Source: an uncultured bacterium (lineage in GTDB: Bacteria > UBA8481). From it: a stretch of DNA of 64,000 nt. Shown here piece after piece: positions 39,149 to 50,500 of the stretch. Made by a program: the position numbers and the translations under genes. The notes under the pieces are model-generated. The model saw nothing but the letters and a program-made list of their open reading frames with translations. It made no database searches and was not told where the DNA came from. Within the stretch, counting starts at the first letter, position 1. Each line of letters opens with the position of its first letter. Location: assembly GCA_964499705.1 (NCBI GenBank), contig CAZCME010000022.1, positions 1-64,000 on the forward strand, in the 5' to 3' direction.

Positions 39149-40182
39149 TTGTACAAGGATAGCTCATGGCCCACGCGGATCGCGTGAGGAAATTTGTTCC
39201 GGATCCATGTTTCCTGCCGCTTGGCGTAACGCCTCGTGTTGCGCTGAACGAGACGCACCATCTCCGGGCGATCGATCACACCCTCGAGAAATTCGTGAAC
39301 TTCCCTGTATCCGATCGCTTTTTGCGAGACCATATCCGGGCGAACGCCCCGCGCTCGCAGCGCCTCGACTTCCTCCACGAGGCCTCCGGCAAACATCCGC
39401 TCGACGCGCGCGTTGATCCGGCGATAAAGCTCGCTCCTGTCGAGCGAGATCGTGTGCAATGCGAATGAAAACCGGGATTTGTGGCGTTGGCCGCTCCGGA
39501 GCTCGGCAAGCGTCCTCCCCGATCCGGCCAGAACTTCCAGTGTGCGAACCAGCCTGTGGCTGGGCGCGTCGCGAAGTTCATCCGCGGCCGCCGGATCCCG
39601 CTCGCGGATCGACTCCAAGAGCTCTTCCCGATCCGAAACCTTGTCCCGTGACGATGGCGTGGCGGTCGGGAGGTCATGAAGCCCTTCCACGAGCGCTGAG
39701 ATGTAGAGTCCGCTTCCGCCGCAGATGACCGGCAGGCGATGGCGGGAGAGGATGTCAGCCAGGGCCGTCTCGGCGTCGGCGGCGAACCGGCCCGCGGAAT
39801 AGCTTTCCACCGGGTCGAGGATATCGACGAGGTGATGCGGCAGTTGCTCCCGGATTTCAGCCGACGGCTTTGCGGTGCCGATGTCCATTCCCCTGTATAC
39901 CGTGAAAGCGTCTGCCGATATAATCTCAAGCTGAGCAGCAGCGCGGCCTTGGCCGATGGCGAGTCTCTCCGACGACCCCCACGGATGGGGGGAGTGTCGC
40001 GAGAGTCCATGGATGGACGGAGCGGCCAACGATACAAGCAAATCGGTTTTTCCCGATGCCGTGGGTCCGACGATGACCGGGATCACGCCCCGTGTCGCGG
40101 CTTCCGGCCATGATTCGGGACGAAACCCGTCCTGACGGGCTTCGTCTAAATCGGAGATATGCGCGAACGATCGGGACCCCAT
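39145..40182 (-). CDS. miaA: tRNA dimethylallyltransferase with a ~25-30 aa insertion after the P-loop helix
   Basis: GPTASGKT, EIISAD..VYRGMDIGTAKP, HHLVD, GGSGLY, RINARVERM, AIGYRE, TRRYAKRQETW. Start uncertain. Confidence 0.93.
   Translation of the reverse strand: MGSRSFAHISDLDEARQDGFRPESWPEAATRGVIPVIVGPTASGKTDLLVSLAAPSIHGLSRHSPHPWGSSERLAIGQGRAAAQLEIISADAFTVYRGMDIGTAKPSAEIREQLPHHLVDILDPVESYSAGRFAADAETALADILSRHRLPVICGGSGLYISALVEGLHDLPTATPSSRDKVSDREELLESIRERDPAAADELRDAPSHRLVRTLEVLAGSGRTLAELRSGQRHKSRFSFALHTISLDRSELYRRINARVERMFAGGLVEEVEALRARGVRPDMVSQKAIGYREVHEFLEGVIDRPEMVRLVQRNTRRYAKRQETWIRNKFPHAIRVGHELSLYK
39965..40018. repeat. Palindromic element within the miaA coding sequence
   Basis: Nested hairpin CTCTC-CGAC..CCCCCA-CGGA-TGGGGG..GTCG-C-GAGAG followed by GTCCA-TGGA-TGGAC. 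Confidence 0.6.
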
Positions 40183-40216
40183 ACGTGAGAACGAGAAAGA
40201 GTACGCGGTTAATACG

Positions 40217-43200
40217 ATGAATGCAACGGAGCCCGAGGAAAAGTCCAGTCCCGCGCAGGAGACGCCTGCTCCGGGCGCGCGCATCGCCTCTCTCCCTCCC
40301 GCCCGACGACGCGCGCTCGTGATTCTTGCTTTCTCGGCTGTCCTGATACTCGGGGCCGGCGGAGCAGTGCGGATGCTCATAGAGCGCGCCGTTCGTGTCG
40401 ACCAGGTCGAAGCGGCGGCGTCCGCCGCGCTGGGAAGACCCGTCCGCGCAGGCTCGATCGAGGTGTCGGCGATCCACGGATTGGTCATGACCGACGTTCT
40501 TATCTTCGACACGAGCGGGACACGGCCGGGTTCGCCTGCGCCAGGCGGGGCCGGCATCGACACGGCCCGGGCGATGTTCACCGCGCGAACGATCCGCGTC
40601 CGGCCAAGCTGGTGGGAATTGATCCAGGGAAATTTCCATGTCGCCCACATCCGCGTGCTCGATGCGGAGGTTCATCTGAATCGCGATTCCGGATACGATT
40701 CGGACGATCACGCCGCGTGGAATTTTTTCCGGCTGGCGAGCGAGCTCTCGGCGCGTCCGGGCCCCGCGGGTCCCCCTCCTTATCTCTCCGCCTCCAACCT
40801 GACGCTCGTGGTCGCGGCTCCCGGAAACTGCTTTGACGCGTGGCGCATCGGAGCTCAGAAGGCGAACTGGAGCCCGGAGAAGAATTCCGGCGAATGTGTC
40901 ATCGATAAGTTCAACACGGAGCCGTGCAGGATCGGGGCGATGTTCCGGAGCGGCATCGACCGGGCCGAGCTGGATGTGGAATTCGAAAACTTCCCGGCGG
41001 CGGTGGCGAGCATCCTGGATCAACGGGAACGTTCGAGCCGGATCGCGGCGCGCTATACCGGAATCAACGGCCGCCTGACCGCGGCCTGGACTCCGTCGGA
41101 TACGAACCCGTCCGCGAGGATCGGCGTGGAAACCGGGGTCAATTCCACTCATCCGGCATTTTCCGGCCATGGTCTCATCACGGTCGAGGGTTCGCTGAAC
41201 GGCAAAACGCTGTCCGTGGCCCTGCCCGGACAGGGCGCGGTCCGGATGGAGGATTTCTCGGTCCAGGCCGTCGCCGGCCGGTACGATCTGGCCACGTCCT
41301 CTTGGTCGGCGGACGTGACGAATATGAAGATCGGTCCTCGCGGCACAGCGCGCGCACACCCGCTCCGCATCGGAGCCCAGCTTTCCGGGACAGGCGGGTC
41401 CGCCAGGGGAAAAGTGGAATGGGAAGGAGAGATCGAGGCGCTGCTGGCCATGCTCCCCGCTTCCGCCACCGGCGACGCGGCGCGATTCAAGCCGAGGGGC
41501 GGATCCGCAGGTCATGCGCTCATCAATTCCCGCGACGGCGCCACGGAAATTTCCGTCACGGCGCGCGGCATGTCGATCCGGATCCCGTCCGCGCTCTCGG
41601 CGACGGAAAAAAGCCCGCTGCCCGACAACGCCGAATTGAACGAGATCCGCGGCCGCATCGGGCTTGCGGGTTCATCCCTCACCCTGGACAGCCTTGCGAT
41701 CCAGTATCTCGGAGATCCTCTCATGATCTCCGGTGTCATGAAGACGAGTCGCCGCGACACCGCATCCTCCTACGATCTCACTCTGACGAGTCCCGGTTTC
41801 ACCGTCGCTTCCGTCCCCGGAATTCTCCCAACCGATATCAGGCTGGACGGCAAGGTCGCGACCGACCTGCACCTGACTCCGCGGAGAATCTCGGGCCGCG
41901 TTCAATTCCTCGGCAACAACATGGAAATCTCCACGCGCGACAAGTCCGACACAACTTCCGCGGCGGAACCGGCGGGGGACGGATCGGATGCTTCGGAGAG
42001 AAGCGCGCGCGTCCGCCTGACCGGCGGCGGCGTCTCGTTCGGAACGGGAGCGTCCGCCCGGCTGGATGCGCTGACGCTGGAACGGGTCGTCGCGGAGATC
42101 GGATCGGGTTCGGCGATCGCCAGCGGGGAGATCCGCGGCCTCACCGGCGAAACGAGGATGCGCGTCAGGCTGGAGCTCCAGAACGCTGACATGAATGCGC
42201 TTTCAGAGGCCTCCCGGATGCCTCTGGAATTCTCCGGAGCGAAGCTGCGGGGCGGCATCGTCGACGGGACCGTTGCGATCGACGGATTCCTGAAGGCTCC
42301 GATCGTGGAGGGCGGCATCACGCTGCGACACGCGGCCATGGACTACATGGGCTCCTCGCTGACGGAGATCGAGGGGCCCGTGAAGTTCGACTCCGTGACG
42401 TTCCGCACTCCCGGCCTGACCGCGCGTTCGGGCGAAGGTTCTGTCCGCATCGTGGGCTACCATACTCCGGTCGAATCGAAATTTTCCATCGCCCTCTCCG
42501 GCGCCAACGCGGCCATCCTGACACCCGCCGTCGCGACCGTTTACCCCGACGTCGCGCTCGCGGGCCCGGTCGACGCCGAACTGGTTGTTTCGATGCGCAG
42601 GAATGTTCCGTCCGCCGAAGGCACCATGACGTTCAGGGGAACGGACATCACGGGCCGGGACGATCTCGCGATCAGAGGTTTGGCCGGTTCCATCGAGCTC
42701 CATGCGGACCGGGTCGTGGCGAAAAACCTGGCGGCGACGTACCTCGGCGCTCCCGCGTCGTTCAACGGCGTGATTCCGCGCGCCGACACCGGCCGGTTCG
42801 CGCTGGACGTCAGGATCGGCAAGGCGAAGCTGGAGCACTTCGCGAAGTTCGCTCCGGAGGGATTCGTCACGAACGGATCCGCGGAAGCGATCGACGTGCG
42901 CGTCGAGGGATTGCGGACTTCGCCGCGGGTGACGGGCAGCGTGAAGCTGACCGGCACCACGGTCAAGACTCCGTTTCTCGCCGCGACGCTTTCGGATGTC
43001 AGAGGCGATGCCTCGTTCACGCCCGATTCGTTCATGACGCACGGCTTGTCGTTCAAGACGACGAGCGCGACCGAAGGCGCTCCGGAGAGAAATCCATCGA
43101 CCGTGGAAGTGACGGGCGGCGTGGACCGATTCGACAACCCCATCTTCCGGCATGTGCGCGTGACCTCGCGGAATGCGAGGCTGGACGATCTGCTGAATCT

Positions 43201-44377
43201 CCTGCCGGACGACGTGAAGCCCCTGCCGAAAGGCGCGGCTCTCGGCGGCGAAGTTCAGATCGACGAGGTGACGATCGACGGCCCGCTTGAGAACGCGAGG
43301 TGGACCGGAGCCATCGTCCTGAAAAACGGCGTAGGACAGCTTCCCGGCCTGAAAAGCGGCATTTCGGGCATCGAGGGCGCTCTGAAGTTCGGTGAAGGAA
43401 AAGCGAAGGCGGAAGGCTTGAAGGGCAGGATCGGCGCGACGGATGTGAGGATCGAGGGGGAGATCGATCTCGCGAAACCGTACGGCATGCACATGAAGCT
43501 GGCGATGAAGGACGCGGACATCGCGGAGCTTTTCGGGACGATCCCGAAGTCGGACGGCTGGAAAGGGCTCGACTTCAAGGGCCGCGCCACGATGACCGCG
43601 TCGATCCACTTCGCGAACAACCGCCTGAAGCTCGACGGAACTTTCCTCGACGGCAGCGCGGAAGGATTTGGAATGCCGTTTTCGGACATGTCCGGGAGCT
43701 ACAAGTATGACAGCGATAATGATGTCGTGACGCTCTCCAACCTGAACGCGGGGTGGGCCGGAGGACGAACATCCGAGGGATCCATGAAGATCCTGCTCGC
43801 CGAGTCTCCCGTCGCCTTCGAAGCGCGCGGCGCCGTCGCGGGCGTCCGCCTCGACGAAGTCCTGAAGCTCTCGGGCTTCCAGTCCAGCGGCTATTCCGGC
43901 CTCGTCGACGGCTCCATGTCGGCCTCCGGCAGGTTCGGCCTGAAGCAGTCGGTCAACGGCTCCGGTTCGTTCGTCATCCGGAAAGCCCGTTTCGAGAAGC
44001 TCGCCGCGCTCGACGCGATCTCCCGGGCCCTGCGGCTCGATTTCTTCACGAAAAGCACGTATGAGTCGGCCAAGGGGAGCTTCTCGATCGAGAAGGGAGT
44101 GGTGAAGACCGCGGAGCCCGATCATTTCCGGATGATGGGCTCCTCGTTCACGATCGAGTTAAGGGGTTACACGAGCCTGGAAGGTGAATGCGCTTATAAC
44201 TTCGCTTGCGGCATGCAGGCTGGTCTCGTCGGTAACGTCCTGACCCGCCTGCAGCTCGGTAAGTTCTTCGCCGTCTCCGGTGACGGCGGCATCATCCGCA
44301 CGAGCGGCACGATTTCGGGACGGATCGAGAATCCGACCGTGAAATCCGACCTGGGGATCCTGAACCTCTTCAATTAG
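40217..44377 (+). CDS. AsmA/TamB-like periplasm-spanning beta-rich protein
   Basis: Single N-terminal TM; 'ASAALGRPVRAGSIEVS' AsmA-like start; long Gly-rich beta repeats; AsmA-type C-terminus (GSFSIEKGVV...ISGRIENPTV). Confidence 0.8.
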   Translation: MNATEPEEKSSPAQETPAPGARIASLPPARRRALVILAFSAVLILGAGGAVRMLIERAVRVDQVEAAASAALGRPVRAGSIEVSAIHGLVMTDVLIFDTSGTRPGSPAPGGAGIDTARAMFTARTIRVRPSWWELIQGNFHVAHIRVLDAEVHLNRDSGYDSDDHAAWNFFRLASELSARPGPAGPPPYLSASNLTLVVAAPGNCFDAWRIGAQKANWSPEKNSGECVIDKFNTEPCRIGAMFRSGIDRAELDVEFENFPAAVASILDQRERSSRIAARYTGINGRLTAAWTPSDTNPSARIGVETGVNSTHPAFSGHGLITVEGSLNGKTLSVALPGQGAVRMEDFSVQAVAGRYDLATSSWSADVTNMKIGPRGTARAHPLRIGAQLSGTGGSARGKVEWEGEIEALLAMLPASATGDAARFKPRGGSAGHALINSRDGATEISVTARGMSIRIPSALSATEKSPLPDNAELNEIRGRIGLAGSSLTLDSLAIQYLGDPLMISGVMKTSRRDTASSYDLTLTSPGFTVASVPGILPTDIRLDGKVATDLHLTPRRISGRVQFLGNNMEISTRDKSDTTSAAEPAGDGSDASERSARVRLTGGGVSFGTGASARLDALTLERVVAEIGSGSAIASGEIRGLTGETRMRVRLELQNADMNALSEASRMPLEFSGAKLRGGIVDGTVAIDGFLKAPIVEGGITLRHAAMDYMGSSLTEIEGPVKFDSVTFRTPGLTARSGEGSVRIVGYHTPVESKFSIALSGANAAILTPAVATVYPDVALAGPVDAELVVSMRRNVPSAEGTMTFRGTDITGRDDLAIRGLAGSIELHADRVVAKNLAATYLGAPASFNGVIPRADTGRFALDVRIGKAKLEHFAKFAPEGFVTNGSAEAIDVRVEGLRTSPRVTGSVKLTGTTVKTPFLAATLSDVRGDASFTPDSFMTHGLSFKTTSATEGAPERNPSTVEVTGGVDRFDNPIFRHVRVTSRNARLDDLLNLLPDDVKPLPKGAALGGEVQIDEVTIDGPLENARWTGAIVLKNGVGQLPGLKSGISGIEGALKFGEGKAKAEGLKGRIGATDVRIEGEIDLAKPYGMHMKLAMKDADIAELFGTIPKSDGWKGLDFKGRATMTASIHFANNRLKLDGTFLDGSAEGFGMPFSDMSGSYKYDSDNDVVTLSNLNAGWAGGRTSEGSMKILLAESPVAFEARGAVAGVRLDEVLKLSGFQSSGYSGLVDGSMSASGRFGLKQSVNGSGSFVIRKARFEKLAALDAISRALRLDFFTKSTYESAKGSFSIEKGVVKTAEPDHFRMMGSSFTIELRGYTSLEGECAYNFACGMQAGLVGNVLTRLQLGKFFAVSGDGGIIRTSGTISGRIENPTVKSDLGILNLFN

Positions 44378-44416
44378 AAAGCGGACCGGATCGTCCTTTC
44401 CCGCTCAATAGCCTCA

Positions 44417-44487
44417 TTTTACGTGTAAAAATTTATACCGACTTCTTCGGGCTTTTCCGTAGCTTTCAAACCTTCGAAAATTTATAC
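44417..44487 (+). promoter_or_regulatory. Candidate regulatory sites upstream of the giant gene
   Basis: Palindrome TTTTAC-GT-GTAAAA 44417-44430; direct repeat AAAATTTATAC at 44428 and 44477; AT-rich intergenic region. Confidence 0.35.
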
Positions 44488-44594
44488 TTCCTTCCAGTAT
44501 GTCCTATCGGGGTTGATGGGGCTCCAAAAACAGACATGAGGAGAGAGGCGAGATCAGACAGGGACGTTTGAGAGTTGGGGCAATCGTGCCGCGC

Positions 44595-47500
44595 ATGCCG
44601 ACGCTTGGGGGAGCGCCGAATGTGGCACGGTCAGGAGCGCAGGAGCGGTGGATTTCGTCCTCCCTGGCTGCGTCCGTTCTCCTCTGCATCTTCGCGCTGG
44701 CCGCGCCGTCGTGGGGCGCGGCGAATTCATGGTCGTCCCTGGCGAACACGACAGCCACCGTGGACGCGGGCGGCGCGCTCGTCTATCCGGGAACGGGCGA
44801 CACCATCTACGCCTTCCGCGGCGGCATCACCAATATGTTCTGGGCGTATTCCATTTCGAACAACAATTGGAATTCCAAAGCGAGCGCGCCCAATTCGGTG
44901 AACGATGGCGCCTGCCTCGTCTATCCCGGCGCTGGCGATACCATATACGCGTTGCGGGGCAACAATTTCACCGATTTCTGGGCTTACTCCATCAGCGGCG
45001 ACACGTGGAAAATACGGACTCCAACACCCAACGTGGTGAACAGCGGCGGCGCCATGGCCTATCCCGGTACCGGCGACACGATTTACGCTTTCCGAGGCAA
45101 CAACTTCACCGATTTCTGGGCCTACTCCATCAGCGGCGACACATGGAAAATGCGGGCGCCCGCTCCTGCCACCGTCGGCGCCGGCGGCGCCCTGGCGTAC
45201 GGCGGTATCGGCGACACGTTGTATGCGCTGCGAGGAAATTCCTCCGGCAGCTTCTGGTCCTACAACATCGTGAGCAACATGTGGGAAACAAAGACTCCGA
45301 CTCCCCTGGCGGTTTCAGGCGGCGGAGCTCTCATTCATGCCGGGCCGGGCGACACGCTCTATGCGCTGCGCGGATGGGCCTCGACGAACTTCTGGGCGTA
45401 TTCCATTACCGGCGACACCTGGGTGGACAAAGCCATCACGCCGAATCCCATCGGCACGGGCGGATCTCTCGCGTATCCCAGCCCTGGCGATACCATCTAT
45501 GCGCTGGGAGGCAATGTCGCCTCCAACTTCTTCGGCTACACCATCCGCACCCCGCGTCCTCCGTCGCAGACGTCGTTCCGCGGTCACCGTGGAAACTTCA
45601 GCGTCGCGCGCGGCGACACGGCGCAGATCATCGCGACGCTCCATGTCGTCGGCGACACCGACGGACCTGACACGCTCCAGTTTCTCCGCGTCCAGACCGC
45701 CGGCGCCTTCGTTCCCGGAAACGTCAAGGCGGTCCGCGTCTACGTGGATGCCGGGCTTGATTCCGTCTTCGACGGCTCCGACCAGCTTGCGGGCACTCTC
45801 GTTCCACAGGGCAACGGCTGGGAATCATCCAGCCTGGCGATTCCAGCGGCATTTTCCGGCACCATTCTTCTCATCGCGATCGAAATCGGCGACACCGCAA
45901 ACTTTAGCGACACGTTTCAGGCGGTTATTCCTCCGAATGGCGCTCGATTCTATAACGCGGAATCGTCCCCATTTGCGCCGCTGATCACCTCGACCATCCT
46001 GACGATCGTCGATACTTCCGGGCCGAACACCTGGTTCGTCAACGACACGTCGCCGGCCGGAGATGTTTTCACCTCGGACAAGGGCGAGTTCTATTACTCG
46101 GGCCTGTCGCCGAATGTTCCGAAGCGCCTCAACCGCACGACGATCGAGAAGCTGACCATCGGCGACACGCTGAGGATCGACGCCGGCACGTATTACGATA
46201 CGATCTCGATCAAGACCGACAGCGTCTGGATCCTCGGGAAGGACTCCGTCGCGACGACCATCCTGGCGCCTGACACGAACGGCTCCGTCGGAGCCGCATT
46301 CATCATCGACAGCCGTCAGAACGTGGTGGTCAAGGACCTGAGAGTCGAAAAGGGCTGGGACGGAATCCGGATCTTCAACTCCGACAGTTGCCGCATCGAA
46401 AACGTCGCGGCCAAGTTCGCCGGAAACTACGGCCTCTATTTCGACAACAACTCGAACCTCAATGTGATCCGCAACTCGGAGTTCAGCTTCACGGGCTTCC
46501 GCGGCGTCTCGATCCACAACTCTGACCAGAACGAATTCCTGGGGAACCTGATCAGAAACAATCCGGGATTCACCTTCTTCTTCGACAGCTCGACAAATTG
46601 CCTCATCCAGTCGAACAGGTCGGAGAACAACGGCAATGACGGTTTCCGGTTTACGGTCGCGGGCGGCAACAGGATTCTCGACAATATCTCCAGAAATAAC
46701 CTGGGCGCCGGCTTCTACATCAACTGCAACGCCAACGCGATCGCTGGAAATACCGCCGAGAACAACATCGAAGGCTTCTATTTCTCCGCCGCCGACAACA
46801 ACACGGTCATTCGAAACGTCTCGCGCAACAACAGCAGCAATGGCGTGCTCGTCGAAAACGGCGCCGATCTCAATTACTTTGCGCAGAACACGTTCGACTC
46901 GAACGCACAGTATGCGATCCGGCTCAACACGTCCGGCCCGGCGCCTCTGGCTGATACGTTTGTCAGAAACAACATCATCACGCCGCCCCAGAGTCCCGAC
47001 TCCGGAGTCAACACCTCCGTCGCAAGTCCGTTCCTCTTCACCCGGAACTGGTGGAGCGCCGTCGATTCCACTCAGATCCGGAACAAGATCTTCGGATCAG
47101 GCGCAACGAATCTGACGTACATTCCGTACCGGCTCTCCGGCCAGGTCGATACGGCCCCGGGCGCCGACACGATCGCGCCGAGGGCGCCCGACACGGTGAC
47201 GGCGGAGGGCATCGGGGCCGGGCAAGTCCGAGTCCGCTGGGCACTGCCGACGATCGATGAAGAGCCGAGCGGCGTCGGCTTCAATGTCAGCACGTATCAT
47301 ATCTTCCGCGCGCCCTCTCCCGCATCAGACAGCTGGAATCTCGTCGGTGTTGCCGGAGCGGGCGGCCCGCAGGAATTCGCCGATTCCGGCGTCGCCGCGG
47401 GCGAAACCAAGTTCTACCGCGTCGCAGCCGGCGATAATGCCGCATACAAGAACTTCTCCTTCTTCTCCGATTCGACCCCGAGCGCTGTAAATTACTCGAT

Positions 47501-50500
47501 CGCAACCGAGAGCGAGCCGCCGCCGGGCGTGACGGGGCAGTACGAGACGACGGCGAATGGCGCGGTCGGGTCCGATACCGGATTCAGCTTCGGGCAGGGT
47601 AATGCCGACACGCTGCAGCTCACGTTCACAAACGGCAGCGGCAACGACACGTGGATCGTGAAGGTGCCGTTCAAGGATGGCGACACGGGAGGATCGATGC
47701 GTTCGCGCGGGATCAACAACGCGACGATGGCGACATCGGACACGTCGCGAATCCGCGGATACGCTTACGGCGTCAATGCAAAGTTCGATGTCACGGTGTA
47801 TGACTCCGCAGGCGTCAAGCTGACCGAGGCCTACTGGAACCAGGCGGGCGAATCTCCCGTGCTTCGCTACTTCACCGCGGGAACAGCTTTGAACCCAAAC
47901 CGCACCGCCTTCTACTGGCTCAATACGTTGGACAGCAAGTGGTACGACGTCGCGCATCCCGATTCAGGAATGACGAAGGACTCGTACCTCCGGACTCCCG
48001 AGAGCTTCTCGATCCGGATCGACCACTTCACGCACTTCTTCCCGGGCGAAGGATTGGTCGATACGGTGACCGTCGTACCCGCGGACACGACGACAATCCG
48101 AAACCACGCGCGGGGAGAAGCTAATGTCACGGTCTGGGCGGGGTACATCCTGGCCGATACGGCCGCGGGCGGAGACACACTCACGCAGTTCGAGATCAAC
48201 AACGCGGGCGCGATGGACTCGACGAAGGTCGCGAGTGTCCGCCTCTTCAAGGATGCCAACAACAACCAACGTTTCGAACAGGGCGTCGACACGTTCATCG
48301 CCAACCTGGCCAACGTCGTAGGAACCAATACGACATGGCGCGATGCGGCGATAACCTACCCGCTCTCGGACCTCGGCGAATCCTTCATCGTCGTACTGGA
48401 TATCACGAACAACGCGACCGGGAGCGACACATTCCAGGCGAGAATCAAGGCCTTCACGATCAAGACGACTGACGAGGATACCGGCCCGTTGTTCGATCGC
48501 GTGAATAATGGCTACATTCGCGTCATCGACACGAGCGGGCCGAACATCTGGTATGTGAACGAGGCGACGACCTTCGGAGACTCCTTCACGTCCGTGATCG
48601 GCGACACGACGAACAACGGGCTCGGGGCCAACTCCCCGAAGCGATTCATCAACCAGGTCGATCCGTTCCTGACGCCGGGGGATACGGTCTACATCGACTC
48701 CGGTATCTTCTACGAGGCGGAATCGATCGTGATTTCCGTCGGTGGCGTGGCCCTCATCGGCGTCGATTCGCTCTCGACGATCATCGACTTCAGCGATTCG
48801 AGCTTTGGTGCGGACCGGATGATTTACGTGAACGGAGGGACGAATCATACATTTCGCAAATTCCAGATCACGCGAGGGCGCAGGGGAATTCATCTCCAGG
48901 GATCGGACCTTTCCCTCATCGAAAATATCACATTCCAAACATGCAACCCCGCGCAGACCGCCCTCTATTTTTTCTCGAACGCGGATAGCAACACGGTCAC
49001 AAACCTCCACATAATAAACAGCGGCTATGGCGTGGAAGTGTCCGGAGCGAGCGTGGGCAACGTGCTTTCGAACCTTCTCATCGAGGCGAACGCGGTGGAT
49101 GGAATCCTGATCACCGGCGCAAATACGTCCCTGACTGGTAGCCGAAGCATCAGCAATGGCGGGGATGGCATCTCGGTTGGCTCGAGCAACAATCGTATTG
49201 TCGGAAATCTCGTCTCAGGCAATGTGCTGAACGGCATCAAGATCTCGGGAGGCGCGAATGACAACTACTTCGCGCAGAATCACATCGACTCGAACTCGCT
49301 GTATGCCGTCAACTTCCTCGTCGGCGGAACGTCGCGCGACACGTTCGTCCAGAACAACTTCGTCTTCGGCGCCAACATCGAGTCAGGCGTCAACAATCCG
49401 AACGGCAATCCGCTCCTCTTCACGCGTAACTGGTGGAGTACAACCGATTCGACACTCCTGCGGAACAAGATCTTCGGCGCTGGAGCGACGGCCTTGACGT
49501 ACATCCCCTTCCGGCTCGGCATCGTCGATACCGCGACGGGCGCCGACTCGGTTGCGCCGCGCGCGCCGGACACTGTCTCTGTCGTGATCGTCGACTCGAC
49601 GAAGCTCCGGATCTCCTGGGCGTCCGTCACGGTGAACGAGGAGACGACTGCGTTCGCGGTGAATCTCTCCGGTTACCGCGTCTACCGGTCCCGAACTTCG
49701 GACACGGCGCTCTGGATCCAGATCGCGCAGGTCGGCGCGACCGTCGACACTTACATCGACGTCGGGCTCATCACGGATACGAACTATTTCTATCGCGTGA
49801 CCGCTTTCGACGGTTCGAGCGTGGAGAACCAGTCCTTCTATTCGGACTCGATCATCGGCGGCACGCCGTCTATCGACACCTCGGGGCCGAACAAGTGGTA
49901 TGTGAACGACCTCGACACGACCGGCGACGTGTATGCGACGGCGCTCGGCAGCGATGCCAACAGCGGCGTGGAAATCTCGAAGCCGAAGCGGAACATCCAC
50001 GCGGTCGTCCAATTCCTGACCGTCGGCGACACGGTTTACATTGACGCGGGAACGTACAACGGGTTCATCACGGTGAACGGCAACGAGACGGCGTCCTTCA
50101 ATATCAACCAGGACACCGTCTGGATTATCGGCAAGGATTCCACGTCCACGATCATCGACCCCCCGGGGTCGCCGGGTCAGGCCGGCTTGTACGGGATCTA
50201 CTCCGACACGCGATCGAACATCACGATCCAGGACATCGGCGTCACGGGCGCGAACAAGGGGATCTATCTATATAATGTGTCGAACTCGCGGTTGACCCGC
50301 GACAGCTCCTGCGTGAACGGCAACGTGGGCATTTCCCTCCTGTCGGGATCGAATAACAACACGGTCTCGAATATCGTCGCGAGCTCAAACACCGGCGCGG
50401 GACTTAGTCTCGTCGCATCAAGCTCCAACATCTTCTCGAATCTCGAAGCCGTCGCCAACAGCTCGGCCGGCATCGACCTTGCCAGCGCGTCCAACAACAA

